DNA of 19,906 bases from Thraustochytrium aureum (Eukaryota): positions 113,821 to 133,726 of the forward strand of contig BLSG01000198.1 of the NCBI GenBank assembly GCA_012862495.1, given 5' to 3'. Shown piece after piece: positions 9,975 through 19,906 of the stretch. Position 1 is the first letter of the stretch. The number at the start of each line of letters is the position of its first letter. The notes under the pieces were generated by a model, which made no database searches, was not told the DNA's origin, and saw only the letters and a program-made list of their open reading frames with translations. The position numbers and the translations under genes were made by a program.

Positions 9975-10300
9975 CGCTGTTGTCACGACTCGGCCGCGCC
10001 CCGCGAAGCCGAGAGCGTATTGCTTGCCGTGGATGCCGTCGGTTGGATTGGCCCGCTCGTCTCGATGCGCTGGAAATGGGTCTCTCTTGCTAGAGCTGGA
10101 GAGCGAGTGGACGCGCTGGAGTTGGGTTGAGCACTCTTACTTACTCCACTGCATGTAGGCCTGTGTAGTTCATGTCGCCAAACGCGCGAGTGATGTCGCG
10201 CAGGTTGCTCTTGTGATGACTCGGCCGCGCCAGATGCCGCGCAACCATGTGCGCATTGCTTGCCGTCGATTGGATTGGTCTTCTCGTCGTCTGGATGCAC
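9975..10300. repeat. Imperfect ~100-bp direct repeat pair (~9975-10070 and ~10205-10300)
   Basis: Shared ordered blocks: GACTCGGCCGCGCC (9987-10000 and 10218-10231), ATTGCTTGCCGT, TTGGATTGG and CTCGTC..GATGC. Confidence 0.7.
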
Positions 10301-10659
10301 GGGACCTCTAGAGATGGGACTCATCCAATGTCGTGACTGCTTCGGCGAGCGCGACGCCGAGGCTTCACGTTCGGCCGTGCCGCGGGCGGTGATGCTGACG
10401 ACGCTCGTGGAAATGGCATTGGTGGCGATGCTGCCGTCTACAGGTTGGAAAATGGTGCGTCTGGCGGCGAGGAAAGACAGACCTCTGTTCTGCAAACAAA
10501 CGAGAGCCGCGTTCGAGACAAGGCGTGGCGCAAGAGCGTTTGCCGTCGATGACGCGTACAGAAGCCAAACGACTTTCTTTACTTTTGCAAGGAGGAACTC
10601 GCTCTAGCGACCGCGGAGCAGAGGCGCTTCGCGCCGAAAGGGATCTCGATTCCAGGTTG

Positions 10660-11630
10660 CTACTCTGCTATCTTTTCCAGGCTGTCAAGCCTCTCGAGTG
10701 CGCCGACCAAGGTCGCCTCGAGCTGATTGCCCGAGAGAGTAAAGCGGCGCAGTGCAGAGCTCTTGCTGGTCAAATTGGCCGGCAAGGAGGCAAGGCGGTT
10801 GTTGGCGAGGAGGAGGTGCCGGAGCTTGGGCAGATCCGCGACGCGCTTCGCGACACCAACCAGGTGGTTGTTCTCTGCGTTGATAACCTCTAGCTTCTCG
10901 CAGCGGCCCAAGCACGCGTGGAGCTTTTCCAGTTGGTTGTCTTGGAGGTAGATTCGTTTCAGCGCTGTCATCCCTCCCATCGACTTTGGCAGCTTGGCCA
11001 GCTGATTGCCTTCCAGATGCAGCACCTCGAGGTTGACGAGGTCCCCAATAGATTTTGGCAAGCTCCGCAATTGGTTGCCGCCGAGGCCTAGCTCACGCAG
11101 CTTGGTGAGCGCCCCGAGCTGCTCCGGCAGCTCCCCGATCAGGTTGGCGTCCAGGTATAGTTCTTCGAGTTCCACAAGAGAGAGAAACGCCATCGGTACG
11201 GCAGCGAGCATGTTGCGATGCAAGGGAAGGCCTTTGAGGTTTTTGAGGCGCGCGAAAGAGGCGGGGAAGCTCGACTCCGTGAGGACGTTGTCTTCCAAGT
11301 AAATCGAATCGAGGTTTTCCAGGTCGCCGAGGGCCTCTGGTAGGCATGACAGCCTGTTACGCCGGAGATAGAGCTCAGTCAGAGCTGAGAGCTGTCCAAT
11401 TTCCTCCGGGAGCGCCTGAAGAGCGTTGTCTTCCAGGTAGAGGCCCTCAAGCTCTTCGACAGGAAGACGGCCGCCGGAACATGGTCCAGGGCTTTATCAG
11501 AGAGGTCAAGCTCCGTCACCTCCTCCTCATCCTCGTCCACATCTAGGTCGAGCTCCTCGATGAGGGCGGCGAGCTCCTCGGCGCGCCCCTGCCGTTTGCC
11601 TTCGCTCGGCACCTTTGCCTCTGTCGGCAT
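10660..11630 (-). CDS. Leucine-rich repeat protein (~323 aa, ~10 LRRs; one -1 indel at ~11461)
   Basis: ATG at 11630 gives MPTEAK...VTELDLSDKALDHVPAAVFL. After a 1-nt shift it continues VEELEGLYLEDNALQALPEEIGQLSALTELYLRRNRLSCLPEALGDLENLDSIYLEDN..., with repeated LxxLxLxxNxLxxLP to TAG at 10660-10662. Confidence 0.9.
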
Positions 11631-12623
11631 TGCGCTGACTGCGTTCAGCGTTACCGCTCACCAGGCGGCACTTCCGGCGCGCCGATGACGCTTGCTCCAG
11701 CGCGTAGCGCCGTGTCGCCAGCTCGTGGCCTGTCGGTCTGGGCTCGCCTTGTCGACTTCGAGACCGTGCAACGCGCAAAGGTGTTGCTAAACTGCAACGG
11801 GCAACACGCCCACGGCCCATTGCGAGGACTCGCGACAAACATTTTGCCCTCGACACCTGCGCCAGATGATCAGCAAGCGCGAGCGGGGTTGGATGGAACG
11901 GATGCGCTTGGATGGAGCGTGGCGCGCAAGCGATGAGGGATGTCGGGCTGGCCCTGCAGTCGAGCGGCAGCGAGTCGTCCAAGCTACTGCATCGCAAACA
12001 GGGCAAAAAGCCAAGCTGGCGTTGATGGGCAAAGTGCTACGAAATGACAGAGCGGCGCCAGACAATCGCGCGCACATTCCTCGCCAGCAGAGCCTGCCCT
12101 GACCGAGGATATCGGGCGTTTGAATCCAACGAACGAGCACCTGCGGCCAATCTGATCTGCACGCTCCGCGCCAGAACAAAGTTCAGAATTCAGATGATGG
12201 GCTGCGAGCGCATGTTCGCGCCAAAGCAGCAGCGCCGCCAACGCGCGCGCGTTCGCCCTCCACGAGCGCGCTCCCCAGTTGCACCTGCGCAGCGAGCCCA
12301 GCCGCAGCCCGGCGCAAGCCATCTCGTCGACATTTGGCGTCGCGTTGGACGCGGAGCTGCAGAGCTTTTCTACAAGAGCGGGTTCCACATTTCCACAGTG
12401 GAAAAGTCAAGAGTTGATAGAGCCGTTGGCGGATTGGAATCGGTTTGCTCGAGGACGTGCAGGCCATTGCCGCAAAGCCGAGAGCGCTGAGCGTGCGGGG
12501 CTCTCAGGATGGCAGCAGGCTTGGCGCCTTCTACGGGTTTGCCGCCTTCTCCATCGACTGGCTTGCCGAGAAACGGCGCGAGGCGCAAGCGCTCGCGAGC
12601 GTCAATTTCAACGCGGGCGGTGG

Positions 12624-15363
12624 ATGATGCCGCGAAAATGGCGCCGTCGGCCGCGGGGCCTGGCACTCGTGTCGACCTCGCGGGGCAGGAGGGCGGTGCA
12701 CGCTCCGCTCAGGGAAGAGCACGGCGACGGCGAAGTGATACATCCGCGGACAGTGCTGCTGCCGAGTGGCGCAGTCGATAAGCGGTCGCTTGCGCACGTG
12801 CGCTGGGCAGAAGCAGAGCAGCAGTCGCCGTACAAGCGCGAGACGCGGCCGAAACTGCTCCAAGATTTGTCCAGAGCGAGGGAGGCGCGAGCGAAGCGCA
12901 GCCAGGCCCCGCACGTTCGCGCGCAGCGGCGCTTGCAGCACGTCGTGAAGGAGATGCTCGCCGTTGCGCCTGGTCCAGCACAAAGCGACAGCGGCGTCCC
13001 TGCGGCTCCTCGACCCGAGCCTCTTGTCCGTCCACGCATCCTTGCGCCCCAGCTTCGGCCCAAGTTTGCTCAGACGTTCAACGAGCCCATGTTCGACCTT
13101 ATCGAGGAGTGGAAGGAGGAGGCCGAGTTGATTCAGCGCGAGGCGAGGGAGCGAGCCTCGGAGTCAGCCCAAGCTAAAGTCCCTGGGGCCGTCACTGCCT
13201 CATCGACAGAGATCCCGACTCTTCGAGAGGCGATCGCTCGCTCTGGCAACGCACCGGCGTTTTATGGTGTTCAAAGGCACCCGGCGCCAGGACGACTTCC
13301 TTCTCGCTTCGAGAGTGCTGCCCGCGGCGAGGGCGCTTCGTTCGCCAAAGAGCCCGCCACGGACTGGCGCTCCACGCCTGACAGTGCGGTTTTACGTCGG
13401 GCGTACTCTTACATGCTCGGCAACATTGCGCTCGACCAGGGCGACGAGGCAAGCGGGGTCGCCGAGTCCAAGGAGATGCGCGCCAACCTGGACGATCTGA
13501 TCAAGAGGAACGAGAACAACGGCTTTTGGCAAGATGAAGTCACATCGCAGATAGCCGCTCCTCTCAACGCAACAGCGTACTGCCGTGACCGCGACGCGCA
13601 GCTCTTCTCAAGCGACAGCGCGCCAGGCCTCGACTTGGACGCTATTCTTCCGATGCAGTACATCGAAGAGCTCAAGGTCCAGTACGACCGCGTAGACTGC
13701 CGTGAGCTAGAGCTGGGAGCTCGGGCCTCGGCTCGCCCCCTACCTCGTCGCGTGGAAGACGTGCGCGTGCCGTTTGAGCCGCCGCCGCGAGAGCGCTGGG
13801 AGTTTTGCTTCGCAGACGAGGCGCACCAAGCCGCGACACGAATCATACGCGTGTACCGCGCGCGCCTTGCAAAGCGGGCCGCAGCCTGCTCGCTAATCCA
13901 AAAGCGCGTGCGAGGATTCGTACTGCGAGCTGCGGTAGCCACGATGCGATCCGAGCGCGTCGCTGCCGCTGTGCGCATCCAGGCTGCGGCACGAGGTCGC
14001 TTTGGCCGCCGCGTTCTCGCCCTTCTCAAGATGGCGCGGAGTTTTGGCGCAAGCATCGACGATCTCGCAAGCTGGGAGCTCGTTCGCATTCCTGGCAACC
14101 TGAAGATTGCTGTTGCTCAGCGCCATCACGACGACGCGCTGCGCCGCCGCCAGGAGCGCCTCTACAACATGGCCCGACGTATCCAAGCGCGGTTTCGAGG
14201 CCAGCGCGGCCGCGAACGTGCTGCGGCTCGCCGTGTCGAGCTGCTGTGGCAGACGAAGGCTGCTCTGCACATGCAGCGCATTTATCGCGGGAACAAGTCC
14301 CGCGAGCAAACGAGCCCGATCCGTCAGGCAGTGCGGAACGGTCTCGCGCATATGCAGGCAGGGCTCCGCGGGAAGCTGCAGCGGCGAGTGTACCGCAACA
14401 TTCTTTTCACGCGGCAGTCTATGTCTGTTCAAATTCAGCGAGTCTATCGTGGGTACCAGGGCAGACAGCGAGCGGCGTTTGCCCTGCTCCAAAAGACCTG
14501 CGCCACGCAAATTTGTGCCGCGGCTCGCGGGTATCTGGCAAAGAAGCTCGTCAAGCGCTGGAAGACGGTGCGTCGAGCGGCGGAGCGCAAGCGGCTGGAT
14601 GCCGAGGCAAAGCACCTCGAGGGCGTCGTTGCCGATGCAATTGCTAGCTGTGACAAGTACCTGCGCTCTGGGCCCGGCCGGCTCGAGCTCAAGGCCGAGA
14701 CGAAACGAGCGCACGCCGCGCGTGTTGACCTCCAAAAGCGCCGCAAGGCAATGACAAAGCGCGAGTTGGACAAGTCGCTCGCTCTTGAAGCCTTCGCCAT
14801 GTTTGACATTGACGGCTCTGGCGAGATCGACCACAAAGAGTTTGTGCAAGCTGTGGGAGAGCTGTGCCTGCCCCTATCGCGGTCGCAAATCAGCCAGGCT
14901 CTCAGGGAGATGGACAAGGACGGTGACGGTGTCGTCACGCAAAACGAGTTTGTTCTGTGGCACGCAAACGCAGCAAGTGCGCCTGCTGAAACTTGCGACA
15001 CCCAAGCGCCTTCCGCCACTGCGGACCGCTCTGCCGCAGTGCATCCTGACGAAGACNNNNNNNNNNNNNNNNNNNNNNNNNNNNNNNNNNNNNNNNNNNN
15101 NNNNNNNNNNNNNNNNNNNNNNNNNNNNNNNNNNNNNNNNNNNNNNNNNNNNNNNNNNNNNNNNNNNNNNNNNNNNNNNNATCGCCAAGCGCACAATATT
15201 GGCCAGGCGGAGCGAGGAGGCGCGAACTGAAGGTCGTGCGGCGTACCGACTACAGCACCCTGCTGACCTCTGGTATCTGGCATACGAAGTCGAGCGGGAA
15301 GAGCGCCGTCGCAACCGTCATATTACGCAGATCCAGGAAGCCGCGATGCTCATCCTGGATTGA
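12624..15363 (+). CDS. Multi-IQ-motif (calmodulin-binding) protein with a C-terminal EF-hand pair; start uncertain; spans the gap at 15057-15180
   Basis: About 8 IQ-like motifs at ~13830-14545 (e.g. IQKRVRGFVLR, IQAAARGRFGR, IQARFRGQRGR, IQRVYRGYQGR, ICAAARGYLAKK). EF loops DIDGSGEIDHKE and DKDGDGVVTQNE at ~14800-14950. After the gap, IAKRTILARRSEEAR...LILD ends at TGA 15361-15363. The N-terminus may extend upstream through indels. Confidence 0.85.
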
Positions 15364-15855
15364 TTGAGAAAGTGCAAAGCAAACCTTGCAGTTTCTTTTG
15401 CTCTTCTGTACAAGTTTTTAAAAAGAAAGAGTTGAAAAACTACAGCGAAAGCCCCCATGGACCGTCTCGTATCGAGATTCCGCGATTGCATTGATGCCTC
15501 CTTGTTGATCGCCTCGACGCTTGCTGATTTTGCCTATCGATGGAGGTTTCCCGACAGTCAAAGGCGGACCCCGAAAACCTGCCGCAATGCCGAGCGCACA
15601 ACCAACCAACCGAGCTGCCAAGTAAACCGCCGTTCCTGCTCACAGTGGCAGCGAAATGCCTTCCAAACCTCGGGAGGAACGCTCCAAAGGCCAACCCGTT
15701 CGGACACCGGTGGCACGCGCCCTATGTTTTGGTTGGGCATTCTTGGATTGTCATTGCGAATGACTTTGCCGGCCATCACTTGCACCGTGCAAACATGCCG
15801 CGTGTGGGACGGCAGCGCAGATCCGCGGGTATAACGGTGTGGAAACACAAACCAA

Positions 15856-18175
15856 TCAAGATTTTTCTTCGTCTGCATCAGCCTCGGCCTCATCATCGGC
15901 AGAATCAAGACCGTCTCTAGCAGCGCCATTCACGCGATCGTCGGCCTTGTCCTTGTCCTCTCGTTGGCTTGGCGCTTCGACGGCGTCTGTCTTGTCCTGG
16001 ACGACGTCTTGGCCGCCCTGAGATTCTGCCCCCACAACGTTGCCGTCTTCTGCGCCCTTGTCGTCGTCGCCCTCTTCCTCCTCCGCCTCCTCCTCCTCCT
16101 CCTCATCCTCGTCTTCTTCGTCTTCCGCTTGAGCCTCCCCGCTCTCGCCATCGCGGGGGACCTCGTCGTACGACCAGACACTCACGCCGCTGAGGATATT
16201 GAAGAAGTACTCCTTCTGTTTGGACCTTGAGAACTCGCGTGTCCAGCCGGAAGGCAGCACGCGCTCTGTGGCCTGTGCGCCGGACTCGTCTTCCATCTTG
16301 GATTCGCAAGCCACTTCTCCTGCTTGGGCTGAGTCGCACTTCTCGGCCAACTTGGCTTCAGGAGACTTTTCTTCGACGCTGTCCTGGTCGTTGCCCCCAG
16401 CATCATCCTCCGCTGCCGTCTCCAGGCCAGAGTCCGTTTTAGCCTCGTCGTCGGTTTTGCTTTCGGAGGACTTGCACTCGAGTTGCTCTTCCAGCTTGTC
16501 GTCGGCGGACTTGGCTTCGGATGCAGATTTCGACTCGCTTGCCGACCTGCTGCGCGGCGATGCCTCGCTCTCGCCAGGCGCAGCCTCGTCCTGGTCGCTG
16601 CTTTCCGTTTCTGAAGCCTCTGGGTCCTCTGCATCAATGGCTTCTGCGCTCGGCGTCTGTTCTTGGTCTTCCAGCGCGGACTCGATGCGCGGGGTGATGA
16701 GGTTTTCGATCTCGTTGCTGCTCGCACTTGCCAAGGGCAGTACACTCGCGACAGGCTTGTCTTGGGTCTTGGTCTCTGGCTCCAAGGCCTCTGTCCTCCT
16801 GCCTGAAGCGGGGGCCAGTTTCATGCCCGGTTTGCTCGCCTCGATTCTTGGAATTGCAAGCTCTTCCTCCTTGTCCGTCGCAGCTTCTGCAGCAAGGGGG
16901 TCCGTCCGCTGCGCCTGCAAGTTGTAGCTAGAAGATACAACAGGGGGCGGCTTGACGCCGAGCGCAACCTCGCCGTAAGCGCGTTGGATGTTGTCCCAGC
17001 GCTCCAGGTNNNNNNNNNNNNNNNNNNNNNNNNNNNNNNNNNNNNNNNNNNNNNNNNNNNNNNNNNNNNNNNNNNNNNNNNNNNNNNNNNNNNNNNNNNN
17101 NNNNNNNNNNNNNNNNNNNNNNNNNNNNNNNNNNNNNNNNNNNNNNNNNNNNNNNNNNNNNNNNNNNNNNNNNNNNNNNNNNNNNNNNNNNNNNNNNNNN
17201 NNNNNNNNNNNNNNNNNNNNNNNNNNNNNNNNNNNNNNNNNNNNNNNNNNNNAAGCGCGTTGGATGTTGTCCCAGCGCTCCAGGTCGCGCTGGGCGGTCA
17301 CCGGGCTCTTTGCACGCGGAGCCTTGCGCTTGCCTTTCGCTGCGCGGGCGCCGACGCGCCCTCCCGAGGAAGCCGGCCCGCGTCGGGCCTGCGTCTTGCT
17401 CTGCACCGACTTTTTTGGCTGCGAGATATGATGTGCGCAGCGTCTGCGTGATCCCATGCTCGCCCCCGAGGTGGGTCTCGGAGATCTCAACGCCCTTGCG
17501 GTACGAGTCGAGCGCGCTCTCGAAGCGCTTGAGAAACTCGAGCTCTACTCCAGTGTTGTGGTAGGCGATCGCAAGAACAGCGATGCGGTCCACACCGGCG
17601 GTCCTTTTGTTGCCGCCCTCGCCCCCAGGGCTTAGTGGCCCCGGAAAGAGCTCTTCCTGCAGCAGAATGAGTGCTGACTGCGCGTGCTCGAGCGCCCCAG
17701 AGTGCCGGCCAAGCTGCGAGAGCACGGCGCACAGGTTTAGGTGTGTGTCAGCGCGGTTGTCCACGTCTACCAGGCGCTGCTCTACCTTGAGGGCCTTTTG
17801 CAGGTACTGCAGGGCTGCGTGGAGCTTGCCCTGGCGCCGATAGTAGCAAGCCAAGTTGTTGTACGTAACCGCTCTGCCGCGGTCGTCCCGCTCGGTGAGG
17901 ATCTCGGCCTTTTTCAAGAGCTCAAGCACCATCGGGAAGTCCTCCTGCTGCAGGTACGTCATCGCCAGCAGGTTGCACATCTCGCCGACCGTTTTGCATG
18001 CTTGCCACACCTCATCGCTTGACGGCCCGAAAAAGTGTTGCCGCAGTACAAGCCCGCGCTCCATCGTCTCTAGTGCCTCCAAATAGTTGCCTTGCTGCTG
18101 GAGCCTCGTGCACGTTTCGTCGATCCTGTGCAGCGCGAGCAGCTCGGCATTCCCTTCGTCTCCGCCGGCCTCCAT
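15856..18175 (-). CDS. TPR-repeat (kinesin-light-chain-like TPR) protein with a long acidic tail and a WW domain; one +1 indel in the A-run at 17411-17416; spans a false gap
   Basis: ATG at 18175. TPR helices AVTYNNLACYYRRQGKLHAALQYLQKAL, ADTHLNLCAVLSQLGRHSGALEHAQSAL and AIAYHNTGVELEFLKRFESALDSYRKG. WW domain LPSGWTREFSRSKQKEYFFNILSGVSVW at ~16171-16257. TGA at 15856-15858. Confidence 0.87.
16977..17285. other. Scaffold gap flanked by an exact 33-bp duplication (probable unmerged contig overlap)
   Basis: AAGCGCGTTGGATGTTGTCCCAGCGCTCCAGGT occurs at 16977-17009 and at 17253-17285, directly abutting the Ns. Confidence 0.85.
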
Positions 18176-18797
18176 CCTGCCAAACAAACCGCCCTGGAGC
18201 GCTCCCTGGCACCCAAAATCCCGTCCACCAGACCGATCGCGCGTCTAGNNNNNNNNNNNNNNNNNNNNNNNNNNNNNNNNNNNNNNNNNNNNNNNNNNNN
18301 NNNNNNNNNNNNNNNNNNNNNNNNNNNNNNNNNNNNNNNNNNNNNNNNNNNNNNNNNNNNNNNNNNNNNNNNNNNNNNNNNNNNNNNNNNNNNNNNNNNN
18401 NNNNNNNNNNNNNNNNNNNNNNNNNNNNNNNNNNNNNNNNNNNNNNNNNNNNNNNNNNNNNNNNNNNNNNNNNNNNNNNNNNNNNNNNNNNNNNNNNNNN
18501 NNNNNNNNNNNNNNNNNNNNNNNNNNNNNNNNNNNNNNNNNNNNNNNNNNNNNNNNNNNNNNNNNNNNNNNNNNNNNNNNNNNNNNNNNNNNNNNNNNNN
18601 NNNNNNNNNNNNNNNNNNNNNNNNNNNNNNNNNNNNNNNNNNNNNNNNNNNNNNNNNNNNNNNNNNNNNNNNNNNNNNNNNNNNNNNNNNNNNNNNNNNN
18701 NNNNNNNNNNNNNNNNNNNNNNNNNNNNNNNNNNNNNNNNNNNNNNNNNNNNNNNNNNNNNNNNNNNNNNNNNNNNNNNNNNNNNNNNNNNNNNNNN

Positions 18798-19481
18798 CGT
18801 GAGTGCCGCCGGAAAGGGGTGCTCTGGGGCAAGGCGGTAGTCTACAGAGACGATGACGAAGCCTTCAGCGGCAACACGTTCACAGAACACATGGTGCGTC
18901 ATCGTGCTCGGCGCGTTGAGGCAGAATCCCCCGCCGTGAAAGAACAGAATGGGCCGCATCTGCGCAAAGCTGGGGTTCCGTCGGAGCTCATGAGCCCTTG
19001 AAAGGCTCGGCTGAAACACACGAACGCTCAGATGCGGCGACACGCGGACGTCGCGGCTCACAACTCCAGTTTCCGCGTGGTATCGCGCTGGTTTCTCGAT
19101 GAGCTTGTGCACGGCGTTCCAAACCCAGCGCCGCATCGAGCGCGCGCCGGTCGCGCTTTGCAGCCCGAGGTCGGTCTTCGCAGCGAGCGCTTCTTCCTTG
19201 GCGGCTGTAGCGACGGCGGAGTTGGCGTCGCCGTCGACTTTGGCGAGTAGCATTTCGGCCCGCACGGCGCGTTCGACGGTGTCGATCCGTCTGACACCTA
19301 TCGCCGAGAAGATGGCGTGGCCCGCAAGCTCCATCACGCGGAGCTGCATCGGGTACTGCCAGCTGCGTGCAAAGACGGCCAATCGCTGGAGCCAAAACCA
19401 GATCGCGAGGACGAGCGCCTTGCCCTGCTGTCCCAGCGCGGCGACGCCCTGTGTCAAGCCCCCACTGCGCGACATCCCCAT
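18798..19481 (-). CDS. Alpha/beta hydrolase, HSL/GDXG (Abhydrolase_3) family esterase/lipase; 3' half lies in the gap at 18249-18797
   Basis: LSVRVFQP...PILFFHGGGF...VAAEGFVIVSVDYRLAPEHPFPAAL is the diagnostic HGGG plus YRLAPE motif pair. In-frame ATG at 19481; an alternative start at 19614 (MGIVRSLAIAAVVALAGS, signal-like) would need an indel. Confidence 0.88.
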
Positions 19482-19716
19482 CGCCGCGACAGCGCACTGC
19501 GCTCCGCCCCCTCCGCCAGGTAGGTCCCTCCGCGACTGGGGAAGAGCTGCCGTTCTGCGAGGAGCCCGCAAGAGCGACCACGGCAGCAATGGCGAGGGAT
19601 CGGACTATGCCCATGGCGCGAACGATGCGGCGCGCCAGCTGGACGAGACCCCGGAGGGTCGCGCGACAGGCCCGGCCCCGCGGTTGGCTTTCTCGCCGCG
19701 CGCGGCGCTGCGTATG

Positions 19717-19778
19717 AATCGATCGATGAATCGATCAATCAATCGGAAGGAAAGGAGGAAGGGAGGGAGGGACGGGAG
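19717..19778 (+). repeat. Simple repeats (ATCG/ATCA)n and a purine-rich (GGAA/GGGA)n tract upstream of the hydrolase
   Basis: AATCGATCGATGAATCGATCAATCAATC followed by GGAAGGAAAGGAGGAAGGGAGGGAGGGACGGGAG. Confidence 0.5.
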
Positions 19779-19906
19779 CATGACGCATGTCGGCCCGTGC
19801 GGAGGTCGCAGCCACCGTGAGACTGACAACGAGCAAGAGCAAGGTCCCACCCACTCGCCGCCTCCAAAAAAGGTAGAGTACAGCGCTTTGCCGCGCTCGC
19901 GGAAAC

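Noticed and set aside
7230..9986. 918-aa ORF and other long ORFs spanning N runs
   Set aside because: Their length is an artefact of translating Ns as X; frame continuity across the gaps is unknown.
10660..18175. LRR, IQ/EF-hand and TPR genes forming a phototaxis or flagellar cluster with the carotenoid gene
   Set aside because: No rhodopsin or specific flagellar marker is in the window, and adjacency in a compact eukaryotic genome is weak evidence.
1..19906. CRISPR arrays, tRNA/rRNA genes, transposons
   Set aside because: No regularly spaced repeats, cloverleaf or rRNA-like sequence, transposase/RT motifs or terminal inverted repeats were noticed by eye.

Overview
GC-rich, gene-dense eukaryotic scaffold with no introns evident; most consistent with a heterotrophic stramenopile such as a thraustochytrid/labyrinthulomycete (inference). 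It is a draft assembly with five N gaps and many single-base indels, often in homopolymers, that split real genes across frames. Genes: DEAD-box helicase HAS1/DDX18 (+); a large carotenoid fusion gene (+); a PH-domain protein (-); an LRR protein (-); a multi-IQ plus EF-hand protein (+); a TPR plus WW protein (-); and an HSL/GDXG-family alpha/beta hydrolase (-). The highlight is 2606-6941. After correcting indels it reads as one ~1,440-aa polyprotein: signal peptide, CrtI phytoene desaturase, TM helix, CrtB phytoene synthase, CrtYc/d lycopene cyclase, and a fourth multi-TM domain. By eye this fourth domain matches the Brp/Blh beta-carotene 15,15'-dioxygenase family but appears to lack most iron-ligand histidines. 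This suggests a GGPP-to-retinal pathway in a single gene whose last step has decayed or been repurposed.
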